Below are positions 25,616 to 34,130 of a stretch of 39,613 nt of DNA, piece by piece. Origin of the DNA: a virus (taxonomy: Duplodnaviria; Caudoviricetes); IMG/VR virus record IMGVR_UViG_3300025723_000083, positions 1 through 39,613 of that record, one strand, 5' to 3'. Position 1 is the first letter of the stretch; every line of letters starts with the position of its first letter. Under the pieces are notes generated by a model. It did not search any database. It was not told the DNA's origin and saw only the letters and a list, made by a program, of their open reading frames with translations. The position numbers and the translations under genes were made by a program.

Positions 25616-25644
25616 ATTTTATGCGTGGTTGATTAAACCATCAA
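25616..25644 (-). promoter_or_regulatory. sigma70-like promoter overlapped by a palindromic operator
   Basis: TTGATG (25644-25639), 17 nt, TAAAAT (25621-25616); TGGTTTAATCAACCA overlaps the -35 box and spacer. Confidence 0.6.
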
Positions 25645-27251
25645 GCATTAAGTGTCGTCTCGAAGTTGGACAATGAGTGTTCGATAAGCATGGGTGCATT
25701 GGCTTGGCACCACTCCGTTGCCGAGACATCTGAGTTCGTGAGTTCGGTTGTCATAGGTGTTGCACAGCTCGGCATAACCCAACCCACTGGCAGACCCATC
25801 AAAGCCTCCACAAACCTCGGATTCAACTTGGCAGTTATCTTCTCCTTCTGTTGAGCCGTCGAGTCCGACTTCAATGCTTTGTCTCTGGTCGGAATTCCCA
25901 CAATCGAAGGATGATTGCTCAGTCCAGGTTGACCGAAGTTCGGTTGATTGCCGATCTTCCCCGCTTCCATTGCCGTCGGTGTCGGCCACGAGGCTTGCTT
26001 GTAGATCTCCACTGAGGTCGGGTCTACCTGCTCTCGCAAGTTCGCTGGCGAAGTTCGTCCCTTGCGGGTCGTCGTGGCTTGACGAAGTAACGCTTCGGGT
26101 GAACGGAGATCCATGTGATCCAGCGTATTCGGAGTCGCCCAAGCCGCCATCCTCGCTAGATCCCGACCCAAACATTTCTGGTTGCTTTGAGTCCCCGTCC
26201 TCACCCCCTCGATGTGGTCTGATGCTTGAGGGGTTGCCCAGTTGTTGGGCTCGTATTTCCCCTCGATGGTTGCCGCCAGACCCTTGCCGTAGCCCGGAGA
26301 GGTTGTCCCCGGTTCCTGAGCTCTGGGAGTCGGCCAGTTGTTGCCCACCTGAATGGCCTGCGACTTGAGTGGAAGATGAAGGTTCACCCCTTTCTCCGCT
26401 TGCGTTGCCGCACGCTTCTCCCACTGCTCCTTGGTCTCGGGTTGATTCCAGTCGAAGGCCGAGGGAGTCGCCCACTTGGCGTGAACGTGATCCCTCAACT
26501 TGTACTTCCCCGCCGTCCCCGGCCGCATCTCCATGATGCCCCCTTCCCCGTCCGACGAGCTTGGTGTTCTCCAATACTCTTGGGGGTTCCCAGTCGTGTT
26601 GTCTTTCGCCGGGTCTAGCAGGCCACCTGGAAGGTAGGCTTGTACTACCACATCCAGCGTGTCCATGGACACTTTGCCCCTGCGTATCCGACCACCTGAG
26701 TAGCCGCCCTTGTGATCCCGAGTCGATGCGGTCGGCCAAGATGAAGACTCTTTTGCGTTGGTGGGGAGCACCTCCTGACCCTGCTTCAGACGCCGAGAAA
26801 ATTCCGAACGTCGTTTTGTAACCAAGCTCTTCCAAGTCGCTGATGACTGAGTTGAGTCCCATCGATACGTGCCCGTCCACATTTTCAAAGAAACATTGGT
26901 GGGGTCGCATAAGTTCAATTCCGTCTTTGATCCAAGGCCAGAGGTGTCTTGGGTCTGACTTGCCGAGGCGGTTGCCAGCGGCACTGAATGGCTGACAGGG
27001 ATAGCCTCCACTGAGGATAGATACTCGGTCACGAAAGAGTTCCCAAGGGAAGGCTTTAAGGTCCGTGTGGATAGGGGCGACATCCAGTTGGCCTTCTTCA
27101 ATGCGCTTGAGAAGGACCGAGATCGGGAAGGCTTCCCGTTCACAGTAAGCGATTGTTCGTAGAGCTGGCAGAGCTGCTCTGATTCCCAAGTCAATGCCTC
27201 CGTATCCAGAGCACAAGCTGACGTGTGTAATTGTTTCGGTAGTATCCACAT
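25641..27251 (-). CDS. overlapping MTase beta-like chain with 7 WxTP modules and motif IX
   Basis: 536 codons open in a second frame; repeated W(P/A/R)T(P/A)xxx(D/E); LNPRFVEALMGLPVGW (motif IX). Confidence 0.8.
   Translation of the reverse strand: MWILPKQLHTSACALDTEALTWESEQLCQLYEQSLTVNGKPSRSRSFSSALKKANWMSPLSTRTLKPSLGNSFVTEYLSSVEAIPVSHSVPLATASASQTQDTSGLGSKTELNLCDPTNVSLKMWTGTYRWDSTQSSATWKSLVTKRRSEFSRRLKQGQEVLPTNAKESSSWPTASTRDHKGGYSGGRIRRGKVSMDTLDVVVQAYLPGGLLDPAKDNTTGNPQEYWRTPSSSDGEGGIMEMRPGTAGKYKLRDHVHAKWATPSAFDWNQPETKEQWEKRAATQAEKGVNLHLPLKSQAIQVGNNWPTPRAQEPGTTSPGYGKGLAATIEGKYEPNNWATPQASDHIEGVRTGTQSNQKCLGRDLARMAAWATPNTLDHMDLRSPEALLRQATTTRKGRTSPANLREQVDPTSVEIYKQASWPTPTAMEAGKIGNQPNFGQPGLSNHPSIVGIPTRDKALKSDSTAQQKEKITAKLNPRFVEALMGLPVGWVMPSCATPMTTELTNSDVSATEWCQANAPMLIEHSLSNFETTLNA
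25648..27249 (-). CDS. C5-cytosine DNA methyltransferase, catalytic (alpha-like) chain
   Basis: Motif I SLCSGYGG, IV GYPCQPFS, VI ENV, VIII HQRKRVF, X LGNGVVP; GTG start. Confidence 0.85.
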   Translation of the reverse strand: MDTTETITHVSLCSGYGGIDLGIRAALPALRTIAYCEREAFPISVLLKRIEEGQLDVAPIHTDLKAFPWELFRDRVSILSGGYPCQPFSAAGNRLGKSDPRHLWPWIKDGIELMRPHQCFFENVDGHVSMGLNSVISDLEELGYKTTFGIFSASEAGSGGAPHQRKRVFILADRIDSGSQGRLLRWSDTQGQSVHGHAGCGSTSLPSRWPARPGERQHDWEPPRVLENTKLVGRGRGHHGDAAGDGGEVQVEGSRSRQVGDSLGLRLESTRDQGAVGEACGNASGERGEPSSSTQVAGHSGGQQLADSQSSGTGDNLSGLRQGSGGNHRGEIRAQQLGNPSSIRPHRGGEDGDSKQPEMFGSGSSEDGGLGDSEYAGSHGSPFTRSVTSSSHDDPQGTNFASELARAGRPDLSGDLQASLVADTDGNGSGEDRQSTELRSTWTEQSSFDCGNSDQRQSIEVGLDGSTEGEDNCQVESEVCGGFDGSASGLGYAELCNTYDNRTHELRCLGNGVVPSQCTHAYRTLIVQLRDDT

Positions 27252-27290
27252 TTGTATGGGGTTGGTAGGTTAGTGCGTGGTTGATGATAC

Positions 27291-27503
27291 CTAGGAAATA
27301 AAAGCCGTTTCGTTCTCTACTAAAATTTCGAGAGCGTCCCCGGCAATGACGCAGAGGGGCTGGGACTTCCTAGCTCGGGTTGCCGTGGGCACATTGCACA
27401 CGATATTTTTAACAAGGTGACAAGCACCTTTGAAGTGAACCGTCAGGATGTTGCACCCCTGTGATCGGGATGCGGGTTTGTTGTAGTGATACCAGAACTT
27501 CAT
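27291..27503 (-). CDS. conserved hypothetical phage protein
   Basis: MKFWYHYNKPASR…TVHFKG…CNVPT…QP; start after an A/C-rich leader. Confidence 0.65.
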   Translation of the reverse strand: MKFWYHYNKPASRSQGCNILTVHFKGACHLVKNIVCNVPTATRARKSQPLCVIAGDALEILVENETAFIS

Positions 27504-27555
27504 TGTGGGTTGGGTTAATGTGTGGTTGATGATACCTGTTGACAAGTTGATTATT

Positions 27556-27789
27556 CTACTGACTGCGGTTTGGGTTGTTGCCCTCTTTTAAGATGATGCA
27601 GTCGCCCGCAACCTCTTCAACATGGAGGGAGTGAAAATACGCTTTGGTAGCATCTCCATCATCGTCAATGTAAGATACAAACCACGAACCATCGTGATCT
27701 TCGGCAAGGTGACCCTTGACCAGATGGTCGGCTAGGATGAGGCGTGCTTGTCCGCCTTTAGATTGGAGATCAATAAGTTTTTGGATCAT
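27556..27789 (-). CDS. hypothetical protein
   Basis: 77-aa ORF in a tightly packed operon. Confidence 0.55.
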   Translation of the reverse strand: MIQKLIDLQSKGGQARLILADHLVKGHLAEDHDGSWFVSYIDDDGDATKAYFHSLHVEEVAGDCIILKEGNNPNRSQ

Positions 27790-27801
27790 AGGTGTTAGGG
27801 G

Positions 27802-28086
27802 TTAGCAGGTTGCTAGGAATTGGACTGCGGCTTTCATTCCTTTGGGAGTCGTGAGTATCTCGTTGAAACGAGTGGTCAGCATCTCGATGGAAGTGCCGTC
27901 GATGAAGTCAAACGGCTCTCGCAAATCTCCAAGGTGTCCTAGCTCGGCCTTGTAGAAAATGGGACTTCCTTTCTTTAGGAAAGTTCGGGCTTTTTTGAGG
28001 GTACTAAATTTGTACTCCGTATCGTTTACCCTCACCTCGTAGTCGGAGAGAGTGTCCCAAACTCGAACATAGTATTTAGGTTTCAT
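27802..28086 (-). CDS. hypothetical protein
   Basis: 94-aa ORF with ATGA coupling. Confidence 0.6.
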   Translation of the reverse strand: MKPKYYVRVWDTLSDYEVRVNDTEYKFSTLKKARTFLKKGSPIFYKAELGHLGDLREPFDFIDGTSIEMLTTRFNEILTTPKGMKAAVQFLATC

Positions 28087-28370
28087 GGTAGTTGGGTTGC
28101 CTTGGCGATGACTTCTTCAGATCGTTCAATAGCCGACTTGATCTGCCTGTAAGCTGAAGCGTCCTCGTAAGAGTCCATGTCTTCGGGGAGGCACTGAACC
28201 AACGACTGCAACGCCGCCAGCAATTCAGGGGCGGCGGCAATGAGTCGGGCGTTTGCTTTCCAGTCGCTCATTGTATTGTTTACTTCAGCAATAGTTCCAT
28301 CGGTATAGATGACGGCGTCTTCTTTTCCAAAGGCTAGGTTCCAAGGGCCAGGTGTGTGCTGTGTGCTCAT
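28083..28370 (-). CDS. conserved phage protein (HTPGPW…ANARLIAAAPELL family)
   Basis: Signature motifs recognised. Confidence 0.75.
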   Translation of the reverse strand: MSTQHTPGPWNLAFGKEDAVIYTDGTIAEVNNTMSDWKANARLIAAAPELLAALQSLVQCLPEDMDSYEDASAYRQIKSAIERSEEVIAKATQLP

Positions 28371-28714
28371 AGTCGTTTAATGGGTTGGTTAGTTAATCTC
28401 ATGTAGGCTTCGAGACACTCGACAAACTGCTTGCCGTACTTGACCAAGAACTCCTTGGCTCGTGGATGAATCCAGTCGGCCTTCCACGGATCGTATTCGG
28501 GATCTACATCGTAAGGATTGAAGTCCTCATCAATGTTCTTCTCTCTGGCGTAACCAAGAGTCTCAAGTACCTCGAAGGCGCGTTTACCGAGCTCTAGGTC
28601 GCCAAGTAGGTCGATGGGAAACGGCTCCCACTGGGGATCGTTGAGTTTCTTGGTGGCCGTATCGTGTACCGCTCGGGCAAGTGATGGGTCGTCGTGTATC
28701 TTTTCTATGGTCAT
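28367..28714 (-). CDS. hypothetical protein, paralog of 28716-29087
   Basis: Shares AVHxTAxKKL, KRA, LGYAxE and HPxAxE motifs with the neighbouring gene. Confidence 0.65.
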   Translation of the reverse strand: MTIEKIHDDPSLARAVHDTATKKLNDPQWEPFPIDLLGDLELGKRAFEVLETLGYAREKNIDEDFNPYDVDPEYDPWKADWIHPRAKEFLVKYGKQFVECLEAYMRLTNQPIKRL

Positions 28715-28715
28715 T

Positions 28716-29087
28716 TTATTTAGTGGTTGCGAGCAAACGCTTCTTTGCTTTTGTAATAAGAGTTTTTTTAACTTCTTCTTCGACTTCTTGAGGGTCGGGG
28801 GATGGGTGAACCAGCTCGGAGAGATAAATCAAGTAGAGATCGCCAAAACACTTGAGGTATTCGGATGCCACCGGGTGTACATATTTATATAAACTTCCGT
28901 ACTTGCGGGTTCGTTGAACCCACCTCTCCTCGGCATACCCAAGTTTCGTAAACAAACTGTAGGCACGCTTGGCTTGATTGCTGTTTACCTTGAAGCACCT
29001 TTGAAATGGAACTAAAGGCAACTTTTTCTGAGCGGTGCTGTGGACTGCTTTTGAAAGCTTCGGCATCTTGTCGAGTAGCGTCTTCAT
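28716..29087 (-). CDS. hypothetical protein, paralog of 28367-28714
   Basis: Same shared motifs; C-terminal AKKRLLATTK also shared with the upstream gene. Confidence 0.65.
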   Translation of the reverse strand: MKTLLDKMPKLSKAVHSTAQKKLPLVPFQRCFKVNSNQAKRAYSLFTKLGYAEERWVQRTRKYGSLYKYVHPVASEYLKCFGDLYLIYLSELVHPSPDPQEVEEEVKKTLITKAKKRLLATTK

Positions 29088-29121
29088 CTTATTTGGTGGT
29101 TGCGAGCAGACGCTTCTTGGC
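28716..29121. repeat. 33-bp direct repeat (28716-28748 and 29089-29121)
   Basis: 30/33 identical; encodes AKKRLLATTK* in both genes. Confidence 0.8.
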
Positions 29122-29865
29122 CGCTCGGACTTGGGACTTCACTAAAGACTTTGTTGCCGCCTCGGGGGTAGTCCCCCACCCCGTGAAGCCGAAGGAGTTG
29201 ACCACCGCATAGCCAGTCTCGGGAGGGTTGAAGCCGACCTTGGTTGTACGAGTTGCTCGGTTGACCCAGTAGAACTCCATGTCGCCACGATCCAGCTCGG
29301 GCTCACGCCTGCACTCCAAGGGAAAGAACTTGTGACCGAACAGCTCGGCTACCTTGCAGGCGGGTGAGTTGTGCCAGTCCTTGGGGACATTGGCCTCGTA
29401 GTCAACATTACTATTGCCCCATCCGCCGACATCACACTCCGCAGTAATGCGGTACGGCTTATCGGGGTTGCGGGTGACTCGACCATTTTTGTTGCAGGTC
29501 GTGTTGATGATTTTCTCGATACACTTCTTGGCCTGCTTGGCGATGCGATTGCTGAACCACTCACGACGATTCTTCAAAGGCTCGTTGATACGTTTGTGAA
29601 TCTCGTCGTTCGGACCTGAAGCACAACTCAGCTCATATCTAAGCTTCGCATTGTTAACGAAGAACTCCTTGCGTTGAAGGGTCTCCCGAATGAGATCGGC
29701 GTGCTTGTTGACCATCTTGAACACCTCGTTGCCAAGCTCCATGCGGAGGGTCTCCATAACTTGGAGTGACTCGTCGATTTCATTGACACTGGATTGCCAA
29801 CGGCGTTCGTAGTAATCACCATTATAGTGATCTTTAAGAACTGGTTTGGGTGGGTAAGAGAGCAT
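29089..29865 (-). CDS. hypothetical protein
   Basis: 258-aa ORF with CCTTAAACAAAACTATG leader. Confidence 0.7.
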   Translation of the reverse strand: MLSYPPKPVLKDHYNGDYYERRWQSSVNEIDESLQVMETLRMELGNEVFKMVNKHADLIRETLQRKEFFVNNAKLRYELSCASGPNDEIHKRINEPLKNRREWFSNRIAKQAKKCIEKIINTTCNKNGRVTRNPDKPYRITAECDVGGWGNSNVDYEANVPKDWHNSPACKVAELFGHKFFPLECRREPELDRGDMEFYWVNRATRTTKVGFNPPETGYAVVNSFGFTGWGTTPEAATKSLVKSQVRAAKKRLLATTK

Positions 29866-29898
29866 AGTTTTGTTTAAGGTTGAATGGATTGGAGTCTG

Positions 29899-30519
29899 TT
29901 ACTTCTTGGGAACAAGTCGGAGTGTGGCCTCTGCGACCATTCGCTTGTCCGTGTACTCTTTGGGAATCTGCAAGCCGACCGCATTGAGACCCGAGGCTTC
30001 TTCTTTCCACAGCTTGTCGGCACTTTTGTAGCTGTAGCTACCTGGCTCGTGCCTACGGAAAGATCGAACCAGCGAGTCAAGCACAGGCTTGGCAGACTTC
30101 CACACCAAGGGTTGGAGGGTTGCTAAATCGCTTGATGATAGGTTTTCGTCTTGCAGGCTATCGAGGCGAACGACCTTAGTGGGAACGATGCGAGGTTGAG
30201 AGATCTCCTTAACCCACCCCCCACTTGAGTCTCTCCCCCATCCAGAGACTTCTGGAACCTCGGTGGCGTACTTTAAGCAATTGGTCCCAGAGGGGCTGAG
30301 TGGAAGGCTGCCGTGTCGCAGTGCAAGAACGATGTTGAGTTGATCGTTACGCCGCATGAGCACACACAACTTGTCGCCAGCCCAGATGGTCTGGTCGTTA
30401 GCAATAAGAGTGTATGACCCGGTACGGAAACTTCTGGAATCTTCGGAGGTAAGGAGGCGGTCTCTCCACGCCACCCCAAGTTTTTGGGGTGACGAATAGC
30501 GTTTGAATTTGGAGTTCAT
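29899..30519 (-). CDS. hypothetical protein
   Basis: 206-aa ORF. Confidence 0.65.
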   Translation of the reverse strand: MNSKFKRYSSPQKLGVAWRDRLLTSEDSRSFRTGSYTLIANDQTIWAGDKLCVLMRRNDQLNIVLALRHGSLPLSPSGTNCLKYATEVPEVSGWGRDSSGGWVKEISQPRIVPTKVVRLDSLQDENLSSSDLATLQPLVWKSAKPVLDSLVRSFRRHEPGSYSYKSADKLWKEEASGLNAVGLQIPKEYTDKRMVAEATLRLVPKK

Positions 30520-30549
30520 AATTAAGGTAATGATAGGTTGATGGTTTAA

Positions 30550-31821
30550 TTAACCGCCCACAGGAATGTGGACGGTATCGCCGAAGGGAGCGGTCAGCCG
30601 CTCGTTGTTGTAGACGCACCAGATGGTGGGGAATGGCCAAGCGACATCGGGGAAGCTGCCCTCAAGATCGGTCAGATAGATGACGACTCGTGGGTCGATG
30701 CCACGGCGGAGGATCTCCTCGCCGACGGGACGGAAGTCGGTTCCGCCACCGCCACGAAGAGTCAACTCGATGGGAGACTGATCGTGATACTCCTGCACAT
30801 CGGTGATCGCCGCATCACACTGAATCACGCTGACCTTGGTAGGTTTGCACCTAGCGATGAGCGAGTTGATCTCGGACTGGAAAGAGCTGACAACCTCGGG
30901 GACTCCGTAGATAGAGCCAGAGGTATCGACTGCAATGACTACTTCGCCAAGGGTCTCGTCGTGAAGATCGGGGAGGACGATGTCGTCAGGTAGGAAACGG
31001 CGGTCAGGCTTGTTCCAGCTATAGTCGTTGGCGCTGGTCTGGTCGATGAACCGCTCCAAGATCTGTTGCCAAGGAACCTTGGGGTTGACGAGATCTTGAA
31101 CCAATGCCTCGACACAACCGGGCACGCTACCCTGCATCTTGGCAGAGGTAGCAGCTTGGACTAAACGACGCTCCCACTCCTTCTCCATCTCGTCGGCGGT
31201 AAACTCGTCGGTCGCCGCTTGTGACTCGAACTCGCCCCAGCCGCCTTCGGATTGGGTGCGGGGGGCGTTGGGGTCGGGCTTACCCTTGCCACCCTTGGAG
31301 GTGGGGTCGGGTTGACCATTGCCGCCGTTGCCGTCGCCATCCTCGGTGTCGTCACCCTCGCCACCCTCTGGCTCGTCGGGTTCGTCTTGAGGCTCGGGCG
31401 GTGGCTGTGGCTTGCGGATGTCGGCAAGGATCTGCTCGCACGACATATCGTCGTACTTGTGATCCAAGCAACCGCCGTCGGGCAGGGGCAACGCCAAGGC
31501 ACCAGCTTCCTTGTTGTAGTTATCGAGGAAGTTGTTGATGGCGTAGTCGCCAGCAATGTTGCCGTCCTTGTCTCGGGGCAAGCGAGTCAAGTGACCAAGG
31601 GCAGGGTGCATGACCTCATGCACTAGCAAACCAGCAACTTGTGCCTCGGATAGCGAGTTGATGAAGTCGGGATTGTAACGGATGACCACACCATTGGTGC
31701 AGGCAGTCGGTACGCTCGGGTCTTCGATCCGTGGCATCTGCAACAGGAGCGTTGCAAAGAACGGATGGTCGAGAACGATCTGGGTGGTAGCGGAGGCTAC
31801 TTTATCTGAGGCGATGGACAT
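30550..31821 (-). CDS. metallopeptidase + vWA domain protein (DUF2201-like)
   Basis: PTACTNG, HEVMH, acidic linker, MIDAS VDTSGS, GGGGTDF, YLTDL; start set at MSIASD. Confidence 0.85.
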   Translation of the reverse strand: MSIASDKVASATTQIVLDHPFFATLLLQMPRIEDPSVPTACTNGVVIRYNPDFINSLSEAQVAGLLVHEVMHPALGHLTRLPRDKDGNIAGDYAINNFLDNYNKEAGALALPLPDGGCLDHKYDDMSCEQILADIRKPQPPPEPQDEPDEPEGGEGDDTEDGDGNGGNGQPDPTSKGGKGKPDPNAPRTQSEGGWGEFESQAATDEFTADEMEKEWERRLVQAATSAKMQGSVPGCVEALVQDLVNPKVPWQQILERFIDQTSANDYSWNKPDRRFLPDDIVLPDLHDETLGEVVIAVDTSGSIYGVPEVVSSFQSEINSLIARCKPTKVSVIQCDAAITDVQEYHDQSPIELTLRGGGGTDFRPVGEEILRRGIDPRVVIYLTDLEGSFPDVAWPFPTIWCVYNNERLTAPFGDTVHIPVGG

Positions 31822-31849
31822 AAGGTTTAAGGGTTGAGTTGGTTGAGGG

Positions 31850-32875
31850 TTAGGAGGCGTGACCGAAGACCTCGGGGTTGTCCGTGATCCAAGTGGTGAA
31901 CGCTGGGGTCGCACTGAGGCTGGACTTGGAAGTGACTGCCGTCTTGACAGCGAACACCTCGAACTCCTTGGCCATGCGGCTGACATAGGTGACGAAGGCT
32001 CCCATCATCTTGGGGGTAACCTTCTTGGAGAGACCCGCACAGGTGGCGTAGATCGTGGAAGGATCGGTCGGCACCTCGGCGGTGTCGGGCGACAGGAGCA
32101 CGGCATCGAGATTCGGGAGCTTCTCGTAGATACCGAGGAAGCCGAGGAACTCGGTGGATGCGGCCTGACCGAGAGTGCCGTCCAGCAACAGGTGACGGAC
32201 GGTGCGGTCGGAGCAGGTCTCCACAATCTTGGACGCCTTGTCCCAAGTGCGGGGTGAGGCAAAGTTGCTGACGCCGTCCCACTTGGCACCATTGAAGGTG
32301 GTCAAGAGATCGGGGCGGAAGCGGATGAAGGCGATGACGATAGGGTCAACGCCGTTCTTCTGTGCCCACTTAGTCCAGCTCTCAAGGTCAAGCTTGATGC
32401 GGATGTTGACGATGCGGTTGACCACAGCCGACGAGAGCTTCTCGATGTTGACTCGATCCTCTGCACGATTGCCGAGCAGACAGACGAAGGCGTCATCGGG
32501 CAACTTGTGGTCGCCGACCCGGTTGTCGTTGAGGAGCTGCAACGCCACATTCTGGACAGAACGAGTGGCGCAGTTGAACTCTTCCAAGGCGATGACTGGC
32601 GTGGCGGTCTTCGGCCAGAAGGCTGGCTTACTGAACCGCATGGTCTTCTCACCTGCCTCGTCGGTGTGGAGATACGGGAAGCCCTGCACATCCTGCGGTG
32701 CGTAGTAGGCGAGTCGTGCATCGACGAACTCGGCACCGATGGAGTTGGCGTACTCGGCGACGACGGCGGACTTGCCGACGCCAGGCTGACCTTGGATGAA
32801 GGGTCGGAGACCTGCGGCGTGGCAGGACTTGAGGACACCCTTGAGTTGGGTTGGGGTTGCTTCGATGGTTTGCAT
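31850..32875 (-). CDS. MoxR-like AAA+ ATPase
   Basis: Walker A GQPGVGKS, Walker B ALEEFN, LGNR, NR arginine finger, SPRTW. Confidence 0.85.
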   Translation of the reverse strand: MQTIEATPTQLKGVLKSCHAAGLRPFIQGQPGVGKSAVVAEYANSIGAEFVDARLAYYAPQDVQGFPYLHTDEAGEKTMRFSKPAFWPKTATPVIALEEFNCATRSVQNVALQLLNDNRVGDHKLPDDAFVCLLGNRAEDRVNIEKLSSAVVNRIVNIRIKLDLESWTKWAQKNGVDPIVIAFIRFRPDLLTTFNGAKWDGVSNFASPRTWDKASKIVETCSDRTVRHLLLDGTLGQAASTEFLGFLGIYEKLPNLDAVLLSPDTAEVPTDPSTIYATCAGLSKKVTPKMMGAFVTYVSRMAKEFEVFAVKTAVTSKSSLSATPAFTTWITDNPEVFGHAS

Positions 32876-32949
32876 AATTTGTTTAAGGTTGAACTGACTT
32901 GGTGTTGGTTGATGTTGAACTGACTTGATTGTTGCGTGGTTGATGAAAC

Positions 32950-34110
32950 CTACCAGCCGAGCTTGGCGAGGATGTCCTCACCAGAGGTCTCGGCTAGAGC
33001 CTTCTCTATAAGGAAATCTTCACGATCCGCAGGGTCGGAGATGTGTGCCAATGCGGCATCGGCCACCGCATCGATCTGCTCATCGGTCGGCTCTGTGATT
33101 GTTCTTTCATCAAGAAGAGTCATGGCTGCCTTCTGCATGGCGATACCTTCGGGAGAGCAGTTTTGAGCCTGAGCCTCCATCTCTGCGAATATCTCGCTTG
33201 CGGTTAGTTTCCTATTGCTATCGGGTGCAGGTGGCGGGATCTCCCCACCCAAGTGCTCGATGATCCGGGCACAATCGCCAGCGGCAATGCCACGGAACGG
33301 GGTGCCCTCTTCACGAGCCGCATCGGGATTGATACGCAGGTGATTGTTGATCTCGGTGACGGCGGCGTCGATCACATCGTCCTCCAAGACATTCAATCCC
33401 TTGGCTCGCTCGGCGGCTTCCCACACATTGGTGAACAGCGTGTCTCGGAAGGTCGTGTTGGGATTCTGCAAGGAGGCCGACATCTTGATGAGCGGTTGGA
33501 GCAAGACCTCCTTGATGTAGGGGACCATCGAGGCGATCTGATCGTTGAAGGTCTCGTTGACATCGTTCATCACGGCGGCAGCGATGTCGCCGAAGACCCC
33601 GAGCATATTGCCGTTCGGCGTGCCCACTTGGGCGGTGCGAACCTCAGCGGCGAACTTGCTGATAACTTGATCGACGGGGGGCAAGTCGTCGTCGTTGTAC
33701 ATCGTGCCCAACCGAACCTGTGCTTCGGCTCGGGCAATGTTGTACTCGTTGGCGACCTCCTTGAGCAGAAGGTCACGCTTGGCCAGCTCGATCTTCACCT
33801 CTCGGGTCATGTCGATGTACTTGGAGGCGGGAATGAAGTAGGTGCCGTCACCCCATGGTGCTCCGTACTTACGGGGAATTGTATAGATGTAAGCATCTAA
33901 CTTACGGATTCTTTTGATGGTGTCGGCGTTGAGGATCTTCTTGTAGACCGCCGCCGAATCCTTATCGGTGATGCCAGCGTCGGCTCTTGCCTTGGCACTG
34001 GCTTCCTTGTCGATCTTCTGGGTGCCGAAGCGTCGCAGTGTGATCGTGTAGAGTACGCCACCCGAGCAGACCCGGTTGGCTAGTTCGTCGTTAGTTAGCA
34101 GTGGGGTCAT
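32950..34110 (-). CDS. DUF3150-like protein associated with the AAA/vWA module
   Basis: 386 aa; KKIL…PWGDGTYFIP…LGTMYNDDDLP…FRDTL pattern and gene neighbourhood. Confidence 0.55.
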   Translation of the reverse strand: MTPLLTNDELANRVCSGGVLYTITLRRFGTQKIDKEASAKARADAGITDKDSAAVYKKILNADTIKRIRKLDAYIYTIPRKYGAPWGDGTYFIPASKYIDMTREVKIELAKRDLLLKEVANEYNIARAEAQVRLGTMYNDDDLPPVDQVISKFAAEVRTAQVGTPNGNMLGVFGDIAAAVMNDVNETFNDQIASMVPYIKEVLLQPLIKMSASLQNPNTTFRDTLFTNVWEAAERAKGLNVLEDDVIDAAVTEINNHLRINPDAAREEGTPFRGIAAGDCARIIEHLGGEIPPPAPDSNRKLTASEIFAEMEAQAQNCSPEGIAMQKAAMTLLDERTITEPTDEQIDAVADAALAHISDPADREDFLIEKALAETSGEDILAKLGW

Positions 34111-34130
34111 TGTAATAGTTGGTTGGAAGT

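Noticed and set aside
25641-27251. Reading the MTase as a frameshifted pseudogene or sequencing error
   Set aside because: Both frames are open end to end, and the motifs alternate A (I-VIII), B (IX), A (X). A single indel cannot explain that.
30568-33900. Long antisense and alternative-frame ORFs over the AAA/vWA/DUF3150-like genes
   Set aside because: These are expected shadows of GC-rich codon usage and have no motifs or start signals.
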